Source of the DNA: Cyanobacteria bacterium P01_G01_bin.54 | GTDB taxonomy: Bacteria > Cyanobacteriota > Cyanobacteriia > Cyanobacteriales > Spirulinaceae | NCBI GenBank assembly: GCA_039180005.1 | Contig: JBCDEB010000012.1 | Coordinates: 10,275-34,274, forward strand | Length of the DNA: 24,000 nt | Direction: 5' to 3' | Shown: positions 16,572 through 23,610 of the stretch, piece by piece | How positions within the stretch are numbered: position 1 is the stretch's first letter | Layout of the letters: every line of letters begins with the position of its first letter | Notes under the pieces: generated by a model | The model's database searches: none | What the model was told of the DNA's origin: nothing | Seen by the model: only the letters and a program-made list of their open reading frames with translations | Program-made: the position numbers and the translations under genes

Positions 16572-17387
16572 TCAAGCCTTGGTATAAACATAAGCTGTCT
16601 TGGTCGGCCCCGCCGTATCCACCCAATCCGGCAGGGCATCACCCAAGCGGCGAAGCACTTCATAGGCCCGCTGTGCCACTGCCCCCGCATAGTCTTCCTG
16701 CTCATTTTCATATTTAAAGCTAAACTCAACCACGATCGGTGCCTCGGCCGAATCAGCCGCATCATACCAAACTACTAAGGCACAGCTTGCTCTCACTTTG
16801 GGACGTTTGCCAATTTTCAACATTGCCCCCGTAATCACCAATTCTCGTGCCGTAAAATTGTTCACAATCTGGAGCGGTTCATCGGCTTGATACCCCGGTA
16901 GGCGGGTAGAAAGGTCAGGATAGAGTTTTCCGGGGTCAGCGAGGGTATTGAGTTTTTTACGCTCAGAAATGGGTTGTTTAGTCGAGAAGCTATAGAGTTT
17001 GAGAAAAGGTAATTTAATATCTTCTTCAAATTTTGTTTTGCCTTTTTTCCGTTTTGCGGCAGACATATCCCGATCTTGGGAAATATAGCGATCGGGATGA
17101 CGGTATTTAAGCGTCACTTCCCGTTCACGGGTTCTAAGATTGACCCGTTCTCGAAAAACATAGTTATTATTGCGTAGACGCTGATCACTGCTGTCATAGA
17201 AGCGAATGCTGCGTTCTTTTTCGATTTGATCTAAATTACCATCTGTGTCATACACCACATCTTCAATACTGTGCTTGAAATCGACCCAAAATGCTCCAGC
17301 CTGTTGGAGTAAGGTGGTTATTGAACCCATAAAGCGGATGCGTTGAAGCATGACTTTATATTCGCGTGAGATCACGTTTTGTTTCAT
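16572..17387 (-). CDS. CYTH-like (triphosphate tunnel metalloenzyme / class IV cyclase-like) domain protein of unknown function
   Basis: By-eye match to the CYTH beta-barrel pattern:
- REYKVML (degenerate ExExK; the first Glu is Ser).
- IRFYDSSDQRLRNNNYVFRERV (Q.YFDT.D..L...G..LRIR).
- EVTLKYR (LTLK).
- KFEEDI (R.E.E).
- IVVEFSFKYE (VEIE).
- a terminal TKT.
I prefer the ATG at 17387; the ORF-track start at 17438 is a TTG. The gene lies 84 nt upstream of, and co-oriented with, the type IIG gene. Confidence 0.5.
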   Translation of the reverse strand: MKQNVISREYKVMLQRIRFMGSITTLLQQAGAFWVDFKHSIEDVVYDTDGNLDQIEKERSIRFYDSSDQRLRNNNYVFRERVNLRTREREVTLKYRHPDRYISQDRDMSAAKRKKGKTKFEEDIKLPFLKLYSFSTKQPISERKKLNTLADPGKLYPDLSTRLPGYQADEPLQIVNNFTARELVITGAMLKIGKRPKVRASCALVVWYDAADSAEAPIVVEFSFKYENEQEDYAGAVAQRAYEVLRRLGDALPDWVDTAGPTKTAYVYTKA

Positions 17388-17573
17388 TGTTTCTCTACTT
17401 GGGTTGAACTTGACATTTTCTTTATAGATACGCTCCAAGACATATTTGAGTTTTTGGATGCTTATCTTTACATTATGACTTTCCCAAGGTTTTTGCCATC
17501 CTCCTCAGAACGTTTTCAGGTTGCTACGCCACTCTACGGACAACGACAACGCAGAGCGGGAGCGGATGGCACA

Positions 17574-18599
17574 ATGAAATGGCTCGGCAAACTTACACTT
17601 GGGGCGGCCTCAGCTTCCCTGCTCTTGCTGATGGTGGCGATCGTCCAGGCCGGCAGTTGGCAAGACTTTAAGCTCCAATATTATGCCTTGACCCAGATTC
17701 TGCATGATCAAGACCAAGAGCTCGACGATCTGCGCAAACAAGGGACACCGCCCCAACAGAACAGTCGTATTGAACTCGGCGAACTGCTCAACGGTGGGCC
17801 CCCCAAAGACGGGATTCCCAGTATCGATAACCCCGAATTTGATACGCCGACCACAACGCCTTTTTCTGAGGATGAAACAGTCATTGGTGTGGTCATCAAT
17901 GGTGAAGCCAAAGCCTACCCCTTTGGAGTGATGAACTGGCATGAAATCGTCAATGACACCGTTGGCGGCGTTAACATCACGATTTCTTATTGCCCCCTCT
18001 GCGATACGATCGTTGCCTTTGAGCGGGGCGACACGACCTTTGGTGTCTCGGGGAAACTCTACCAGAGCTGCTTGATTCTGTACGATCGCGCCGATGATAG
18101 CCTGTTTGTGCAACCCTGGGCCTTGGGTGTGGTGGGACCCCAGATGAACCAGAGCCTCGGGCGCATCCCCGCCGTGAAAACCACCCTCAAGGCCTGGCTG
18201 GCTCAATATCCCGAGAGTCAGATTCTCGCCACCCGCACCGGCCATGATCGCGCCTACCAGGGTTATCCCTACGGCAGTTACTACACCAACGAGCGCCTTA
18301 TCTTTCCGGTGCGCAACCAGGCCCAACGGCAGCATCATCCTAAGGCGATCGTCAGCTATATTTGGGCCGCCGATCCCCAAACTCCCCACAACCAGTTTGC
18401 TGGGGCAAGTCATCAATTCATCCATGAGGAGCTGCGTGAAGCGGGCTCCCAGACAGTGGATTTTCAGGGTCAGCCGCTTGTGGCCCGTTGGGATGCGACA
18501 CTTGAAACGGTGGTGGTGGAAGACCGGGAGGGTCGAGTGATTCCCAGTAGCACTGCGTTTGCGTTTGTCTATCCAGCGTTTTTTGGCTCGGCTCAGTAG
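17574..18599 (+). CDS. DUF3179-family protein with N-terminal signal/anchor helix
   Basis: MKWLGKLTLGAASASLLLLMVAIVQA is a signal or anchor helix. It is followed by the DUF3179 signature as I remember it: GGPPKDGIPSIDNPEF, VIGVVINGEAKAYP, HEIVNDTVGG, ISYCPLCDT, FGVSGKLYQSCLILYDRADDSLF. The upstream 65 codons of the ORF-track version run through the AT-rich divergent promoter region and are unlikely to be coding. Confidence 0.7.
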   Translation: MKWLGKLTLGAASASLLLLMVAIVQAGSWQDFKLQYYALTQILHDQDQELDDLRKQGTPPQQNSRIELGELLNGGPPKDGIPSIDNPEFDTPTTTPFSEDETVIGVVINGEAKAYPFGVMNWHEIVNDTVGGVNITISYCPLCDTIVAFERGDTTFGVSGKLYQSCLILYDRADDSLFVQPWALGVVGPQMNQSLGRIPAVKTTLKAWLAQYPESQILATRTGHDRAYQGYPYGSYYTNERLIFPVRNQAQRQHHPKAIVSYIWAADPQTPHNQFAGASHQFIHEELREAGSQTVDFQGQPLVARWDATLETVVVEDREGRVIPSSTAFAFVYPAFFGSAQ

Positions 18600-18667
18600 C
18601 TAAGCGATCACGATCACCTTGGCGGCCGATACCCTGAACCCACCCCGGTCTACGCTACGCTTGACCG

Positions 18668-18693
18668 CCCCTCCCGAGAGGGGATTTATGGTT
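18668..18693 (+). terminator. Candidate terminator after the DUF3179 gene
   Basis: CCCCTC (18668-18673), loop CCGA, then GAGGGG (18678-18683), followed by ATTTATGGTT. The stem is GC-rich but the U-tract is interrupted. Confidence 0.3.
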
Positions 18694-18778
18694 AAAATCT
18701 CCGACTGGGAGGAGTACCCTGGAGTGGGGAGGTGGGTTGACCCACTCTGCTCTCCAGAGGACATTTTGCGACCTGCCA

Positions 18779-19366
18779 TCAAACCCGCAACAATGTCGGT
18801 CGATCGCGGGTGGCCACAATTCGCCGACAGCCCGACTCGGGAAGCGCCCATTGATAATGCCGCTCCTCCGGCTTACCCCAGCAGAGTCCCAAATAGACTT
18901 CGGTCAGCGCTGCATCGACTTCGGCCCATTCCGCCTCGCCGATAAAGGTTTCGACCAACTCCGGGGAGAGACGTTGCTGCTCTTTGCCCATCAGCCAGAG
19001 TTTTAAGCCTGCTGTCGTCTGCCGCCAAAACGCCAATACATTAGCTTTGGAGGCTTGCAGCGCCTGTTTATCGGCGGCGATCGCAATCAATTGATTGTGC
19101 AACTCCGGAAAACGCACCGTCTGACCGCCAAACTGACAGGTGCGCCAAATCAGCCCCGAAACGCCGTAGCGACGCTGATAGTCATGGATCTGTTCGCGAA
19201 ACTCTCGATAGGCATACACTCGACTGATCTTGTCGTTGCCGAGCGCCAGAGAGAGAACCGGGTCATTGAAGCGCTCTTGGGCCGAGAGCAGCACCCGTTG
19301 ACCCCGACAACTGGCCCGCATTTCTTTTTCGAGAATCTCAATCAGTTGCTGTGTGGAATAGGGCAT
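18779..19366 (-). CDS. Hypothetical protein (195 aa), likely co-transcribed with the upstream 882-aa gene
   Basis: An ATG-initiated ORF, 82 nt downstream of the stop of the 882-aa gene on the same strand. Its GC content and HIP1 content look like the host genome. I recognise no motif in MPYSTQQLIEILEKEMRASCRGQRVLLS...CWGKPEERHY. Confidence 0.55.
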   Translation of the reverse strand: MPYSTQQLIEILEKEMRASCRGQRVLLSAQERFNDPVLSLALGNDKISRVYAYREFREQIHDYQRRYGVSGLIWRTCQFGGQTVRFPELHNQLIAIAADKQALQASKANVLAFWRQTTAGLKLWLMGKEQQRLSPELVETFIGEAEWAEVDAALTEVYLGLCWGKPEERHYQWALPESGCRRIVATRDRPTLLRV

Positions 19367-19448
19367 AGCGAAACCGTTGAAAGAGCGTGCCAGTCTTTCC
19401 CTGAATGATAGCGTTGAATATCATCAGGGCGCGTCATTAAAACCTGAC

Positions 19449-22097
19449 TTACTCCGACTCCCCACTCAAGGCTTGCTCCAGCTTCTTCTCATCAATCTCA
19501 CGCAGGGGAACCAATCCCGCCTTTTTCAACAAGAGCTGGCCTTCATCGGTCAGGAGCAAAGCAGCAAAGGCTTGGCCAATCGGTTGGCGGCGGTTGTCGA
19601 GGGGATAGACAACGGCCAAGGGATAAGCGAGCGGATAGCGCTGCTGGCGAATCGCCGCAATATTCGTGCGATAGCTCCCTTTCTCATTGCAGAGATCCGT
19701 CCGGGGACTAATCGAGAAGCCCCAATTGTTGATCAAGGGTGAAACCGGGCCTTTACCCCCGGCTTTTAGGGCGAGCGGATAAACCGAGCATTGGCCAAAC
19801 ACCTCGGAAAGGCTGCCAAAGGCGATCGCCCCCACCTGAGTCGCTTCAAAATCCCGCAGCACCGCATTCAGGGTTTGAAAGGTGGTCAGCCGGGTGATCT
19901 GAGTGCTGGCGGCACTGGCGCTGCTGCGCTGACTGCGCAGTTCTCGGAACTTGGCGATCGCCTCTTCGGTTTGTAACACCCGTTGCTCAAAAATGGCCAC
20001 CGCCTCCTGATCATCAGGAATATAGAGTTTGACGGCGAGATCAGGGCCCCCGATTTCTTGCCAATTGGTAATTTCCCCGGTATAGAGTTGCCGGAGTTGC
20101 CCCAGGCTAATTTGACCGTTGAGGCCTCGGGGCAAGCCGTTGCGACGGTCTTCGTAGCTAAAAGCCACATAGACGGCGATCGCATCGTAGGCAAACCGCT
20201 CGTACCAGAAGTCAATGCCCAGATTCTCCAGCAAGCTACTCACCGCAAACTCGGCTTCTTGATCCCGGACTTTGGCGATGGCATCACTTGCGGAGGGTTG
20301 GGGAAGATAGGTGAGGGTGATCCGGGTGGGCTCCTCGGCTTCCGCATCGCTACCCGCAGCAGCTTCCTCTGTTCCCGATTCGGCTGTCCCATCCCCCGCT
20401 GCGGCTGGATCAGCGTCTGGCGCAGGCTCATCCGTCTGAGCTGGAGTGGATGCGTCGCTGGCTGCGGCTGGGTCACTCGCTGCGGCTGGGCTTGGACTAG
20501 CCGCAGCGCCTTCCTCCGGTGCCGGACTATCGGGATTGAGGCGGCGATCGATTTCACCGGCCAGGGTTTTGTCCTTGACAATTAAATTCGCCTGCTGCCA
20601 AATGGGCGTCCAGACCCCAGCCCCTTCGCCCGTGAAGCGAATCGTTCCCTTGGGCAGGCCAGACACTTGATTCACGCAGCAGATCGTGGGGGGGCCGGGC
20701 AGGGGGGGCTCTGCCGTTAAGCGCTTGAAAAGCTGGAAGAGCCCACCCAAGGCCCCCACTGCGAAGAAGAGGAGCAGCAAAATCCGTAGCCAGGTGGGGG
20801 GGAAGGGCTTGCTGTCGTCCTGCAGGGTTTCGGGTCGGTCAACCACCGTGACCGGTTCCGGAATCGGCAACTTCAGCAGGGCTTGCCGGGCCAGACTTGA
20901 CGATTCAAAGGGCAGATTATTAAGCCCCATAAGCCAGAGAATATAGCGCTTGAAAGCCTCCGGAGTCGCCTCGGGCCAATATTCGGGCACACCGGGGTCG
21001 AGGGGGGTTTGGTTGCCCGGATCCGCCGATCGCCCCGCTAACAGATAAAAGGCCACCTTGCCCAAATCTTCCAGATCGCCCACCACCGAGGGCTCGGGAA
21101 CCGTTTGATTAAGCGGCAAAAAGAGATGCTCCCAGAGGGCCGGGTCGGCGAGGTAAATATAAACCCCCTGGAAGTTGGGCACAATCAGTAGGCTCTCTAA
21201 GTTCAAGTTACCGTGGGGAATGCCGATGCGCACAATACCTGTGGGCAGGCGATATTTCTGCTCATGCAGCCCCTCCAGGCTCTGGAGCACTTGCAGCAAA
21301 ATCTGCCGCACCAGATAGGGCGAAAGGGGTCCCGTTTCTTTGAGGTATTGTCCGAGAGTCGGGAAGATCTCTGGGGTTTCCGGCAAAATGCTATAGGCTC
21401 GACCAGACTGCAATTGCTGCTGCTCATTGGCCGTGAGTTCCACAAGCCCATCCAAAGGAACATCCCAGCGTAGATCCGGTGTACGGCGATCGGCCAGCTC
21501 CAAGCTGGTGAAATGGTCAAAGGTGCGCTTGCGCTGTTGCAACTCCAACGGGTGTTCCTTGAAATGACGCACCGGGAGTAAATATTCCTTGACGAGTACG
21601 GGCTGGCGATCGAGCAGATCGATCGCCCGGTAAATACGACCCAGGTTCCGGGTCTTCAAGAAACTCTCAATCTGGTAGCGGCCGCGTTTGCCCTGAATCT
21701 GGGTTTCGGGGGACAGTAGCGTTGGAAACCCACATCGCGCACAGGTTTTGGCCTCAGGATTCTCGTCAAGGGTTTGGGCGGGCCATTCACAATGGAGCGG
21801 ATTATTGTGCAGACAGCGATAGGCCGTGTAGAGGGGCGGCGGTGGGGTCAGCAGCTCCACTTCCGGCTCCGCCGCTGCGGTCTCATCCTCCGTGAGAATG
21901 CGAATCACCTCTTTTTTGACCTGGGGAAATTCAGGGGTGGGCAGCGAAATTCGTTGCACTGCCTCAGTGATGATCCAGCGATACCGGGCTGGGACAATCT
22001 GTGCCGCGCGAAACGAGGCGTTGGCAAACAACATATTGAAGCGACCGGTGATGCCCAGCACCTCGCGGTTTTTGATCGTTTCTAAAATGTTGGACAT
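19449..22097 (-). CDS. Multidomain membrane protein: N-terminal region, 4-Cys zinc-ribbon-like element, degenerate Ser/Thr-kinase-like domain, one TM helix, PstS-like periplasmic binding domain with a low-complexity insert
   Basis: Domains in order along the protein:
- Cys4 element: YRCLHNNPLHCEW...KTCARCGF.
- Kinase-like subdomains: LGRIYRAIDL...PVLVKEYL (VAIK-like Lys); IPHGNLNLESLL in place of HRDLKPEN; YLADPALW in place of DFG; GDLEDLGKVAFYLLAG (subdomain IX).
- TM helix: WLRILLLLFFAVGALGGLFQLF.
- C-terminal PBP-like features: GTIRFTGEGAG, ISLGQLRQLYTGEITNWQEIGGPDLAVKLY, GAIAFGSLSEV. Confidence 0.7.
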   Translation of the reverse strand: MSNILETIKNREVLGITGRFNMLFANASFRAAQIVPARYRWIITEAVQRISLPTPEFPQVKKEVIRILTEDETAAAEPEVELLTPPPPLYTAYRCLHNNPLHCEWPAQTLDENPEAKTCARCGFPTLLSPETQIQGKRGRYQIESFLKTRNLGRIYRAIDLLDRQPVLVKEYLLPVRHFKEHPLELQQRKRTFDHFTSLELADRRTPDLRWDVPLDGLVELTANEQQQLQSGRAYSILPETPEIFPTLGQYLKETGPLSPYLVRQILLQVLQSLEGLHEQKYRLPTGIVRIGIPHGNLNLESLLIVPNFQGVYIYLADPALWEHLFLPLNQTVPEPSVVGDLEDLGKVAFYLLAGRSADPGNQTPLDPGVPEYWPEATPEAFKRYILWLMGLNNLPFESSSLARQALLKLPIPEPVTVVDRPETLQDDSKPFPPTWLRILLLLFFAVGALGGLFQLFKRLTAEPPLPGPPTICCVNQVSGLPKGTIRFTGEGAGVWTPIWQQANLIVKDKTLAGEIDRRLNPDSPAPEEGAAASPSPAAASDPAAASDASTPAQTDEPAPDADPAAAGDGTAESGTEEAAAGSDAEAEEPTRITLTYLPQPSASDAIAKVRDQEAEFAVSSLLENLGIDFWYERFAYDAIAVYVAFSYEDRRNGLPRGLNGQISLGQLRQLYTGEITNWQEIGGPDLAVKLYIPDDQEAVAIFEQRVLQTEEAIAKFRELRSQRSSASAASTQITRLTTFQTLNAVLRDFEATQVGAIAFGSLSEVFGQCSVYPLALKAGGKGPVSPLINNWGFSISPRTDLCNEKGSYRTNIAAIRQQRYPLAYPLAVVYPLDNRRQPIGQAFAALLLTDEGQLLLKKAGLVPLREIDEKKLEQALSGESE

Positions 22098-22193
22098 GGG
22101 GATTCGTTAGGGGCGCTCAACGATACTGTGCATGACTTTAGCATCCCTACCCATTCGCCTTTGGCTCAACTCAACCCTTTGTCACACGCCCGT

Positions 22194-22302
22194 AAAAAAT
22201 AAAAATCCCTGGCAAGCGCAAGGTTTGCCAGGGAACTTCTCATCAGGGTGCATCTACCACTACTGGTATTCCGGTCTGGAGCGAAGCATCCGGAGAGTTC
22301 AG
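22194..22302 (-). ncRNA. Gene-proximal copy of an unclassified structured RNA ending in an intrinsic terminator
   Basis: Minus-strand RNA: GAACUCUCCGGAUGCUUCGCUCCAGACCGGAAUACCAGUAGUGGUAGAUGCACCCUGAUGAGAAGUUC. Proposed helices:
- Closing helix: GAACU.../...AGUUC.
- First hairpin: UCCGG/CCGGA.
- Second hairpin: UACCA-GUAG-UGGUA.
It is immediately followed by the terminator CCCUGGCAA-ACCUUGCGC-UUGCCAGGG (22233-22207) and AUUUUUAUUUUUU (22206-22194). Confidence 0.45.
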
Positions 22303-22321
22303 CCCTTCGTCACACGCCCGT

Positions 22322-22430
22322 AAAAAATAAAAATCCCTGGCAAGCGCAAGGTTTGCCAGGGAACTTCTCATCAGGGTGCATCTACCACTACTGGTATTCC
22401 GGTCTGGAGCGGAGCATCCGGAGAGTTCGG
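22322..22430 (-). ncRNA. Gene-distal copy of the same structured RNA plus terminator
   Basis: The fold is the same as the proximal copy, with one loop substitution. The terminator hairpin is at 22361-22335 and the U-tract at 22334-22322. A possible -10 box, TAAAAA (minus strand, 22443-22438), lies just upstream of the first helix. Confidence 0.45.
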
Positions 22431-22680
22431 CGAAATTTTTTTAGAGCACGGGTTTAACCCCAGTTCTAGATCAGCGAAACGATCGTATTCCTCAAAGCCC
22501 TACAATCTCATTGTCAAACCCGGTTGTCAGGGGTCCAGCCCCCCAACACCTCCCGCTGAGGGGGAGATTGCCCCCTCAGACTCCGGCAATATCGGAGCCA
22601 GTATTTGATTCTGCGAAGCTTCGACCGTCTTGCGCGATGTCTGCTTATCCAGAGTTCAAGTTAAAAAGGTGTGTTGGGTG

Positions 22681-22713
22681 TAGGTTGGGTTGAGCCCAGC
22701 GAAACCCAACACC
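22681..22713 (+). repeat. Hairpin repeat, copy 1 (TAGGTTGGGT - loop - GAAACCCAACAC)
   Basis: TAGGTTGGGTTGAGCCCAGCGAAACCCAACACC. The arms GTTGGGT / ACCCAAC are complementary. An extra half-arm, GTTGGGT, lies at 22673-22679. Confidence 0.6.
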
Positions 22714-22842
22714 GACAGTGTTTTCGAGATTGAGCCCCTTAGTGATCCTGCCACGCAACAGATCGGGACAAACATAGAGGGATTGCCCTACAGGATTTTC
22801 TAATCCAATATTTAAACGGTGTCACGACCAGAGGCGTCTGCC

Positions 22843-23565
22843 ATGCCCCAGAAAAAAACAATCATCAAGCGATTAACAGATCTCCTGAGCGTTCTGGGCA
22901 TGGCGTTAGTTATTGGCCTTGCCCTTCGGAATCTGGTGATCGGTGCGATCGCCGGCATACTACTCTTTGGGCTCTCGGGCGGCTCGCTCCTGTGGGGCGC
23001 TTTGGCGGGGGCAGGGGTGGGCGTACTCTTCCTCTTATCGGAGCTTTTTCTGGACGAGGATGACCTGCCGCTGTTCGGGAGTCAGCCCCAAGGCACCACA
23101 ACGGAACTTGACCCCCAATACCCCTTGGCCGCTGGGGAAATCGGTCGGCAAATTGTGATCCGGCGATCGCTCCCGGTCGTCTTTGCGGAAGTGCTCGATT
23201 TTGAGCGCCATGGTGAATGGTCTTGCGAAGTCGGCTTGAGAATTCGCCACCTTTCGGGCGATCGCCAGCAGGTGGGTGCGCGTTTTCAGCGACAGGCCAC
23301 TGAAATTGGCGCATCGGAAACCTCGATTTTGCAAATTACCGAGATCATCCCCCACCAGAAAATCACCTACACCCAAGCGTCAACAGACTCAAAACCGATT
23401 AAAATTATCGGCGGTTATTTCTGCTTTGCAGCCACAACCGAGGGAACGCAGGTGGCCGCTGTTTTGCAATTTAAAACCTCACCTGGATTTGGCGTTGTTG
23501 AGCGTTTGTATGAGCCGGGTATTCATCAAGATTTAATTAATCTGAAGGAGCGGTTGGAGGCTTGA
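22843..23565 (+). CDS. Membrane-anchored SRPBCC (START/Bet v1-like, polyketide-cyclase-type) domain protein
   Basis: The N-terminal hydrophobic segments are LSVLGMALVIGLALRNLVIGAIAGILLFGLSGGSLLWGALAGAGVGVLFLL. The C-terminal ~150 aa follow the SRPBCC pattern: I.I.R.....VF..L.DFERHGEW, ITEIIPHQKITY, and a terminal helix LINLKERLE. I prefer the ATG at 22843 (MPQKK...) to the GTG at 22819. Confidence 0.55.
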   Translation: MPQKKTIIKRLTDLLSVLGMALVIGLALRNLVIGAIAGILLFGLSGGSLLWGALAGAGVGVLFLLSELFLDEDDLPLFGSQPQGTTTELDPQYPLAAGEIGRQIVIRRSLPVVFAEVLDFERHGEWSCEVGLRIRHLSGDRQQVGARFQRQATEIGASETSILQITEIIPHQKITYTQASTDSKPIKIIGGYFCFAATTEGTQVAAVLQFKTSPGFGVVERLYEPGIHQDLINLKERLEA

Positions 23566-23610
23566 GGGGTAAGGGGCGATCGCCCAATACGAAACGAAAA
23601 TCAAAAACTG

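Larger units (their letters stand above)
22175..22430. repeat. Tandem direct duplication, 2 x 128 bp
   Basis: Unit 1 (22175-22302) and unit 2 (22303-22430) align base-for-base with 3 mismatches: 22180/22308 T/C, 22284/22412 A/G, and 22301/22429 A/G. Confidence 0.95.

Noticed and set aside
18600-18780. GC-rich structured spacer between the convergent DUF3179 and 195-aa genes, inspected for a tRNA or other RNA gene. It contains the hairpins CCCCTC/GAGGGG, GAGTGGG/CCCACTC and CTGGAG/CTCCAG.
   Set aside because: It has no T-loop (GTTCRANYC) or anticodon-arm geometry and no known RNA signature. It is most simply explained as bidirectional transcript-end hairpins. Only the first hairpin is listed, as a weak terminator.
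22236-22250. CUGAUGAG on the minus strand of each 128-bp unit, suggestive of a hammerhead ribozyme core.
   Set aside because: There is no GAAA box after a stem II. The candidate stem III would start with U-A instead of the conserved A15.1-U16.1. The segment available for stem I (AUGCACC) is too short. It therefore does not fit any hammerhead topology.
22175-22430. Possible CRISPR array or mobile-element terminal repeats.
   Set aside because: There are only two directly abutting 128-bp units with no spacers. The unit is far longer than a CRISPR repeat. No cas or transposase genes or target-site duplications are visible.
22132-22457. Two + strand ORFs (63 and 69 aa) sharing the repeated peptide HTPVKNKNPWQAQGLPGNFSSGCIYHYWYSGLERSIRRV.
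   Set aside because: The shared peptide is simply the translation of the 128-bp tandem DNA repeat. Each ORF runs through a terminator hairpin and an A-tract. The minus-strand RNA interpretation explains the structure better.
22556-22597. A perfect 9-bp GC hairpin, CTGAGGGGG-AGATTG-CCCCCTCAG, followed by CTCCG-N7-CGGAG.
   Set aside because: There is no U-tract on either strand and no second copy in the window. It could belong to either divergent leader. I could not attach a function to it.
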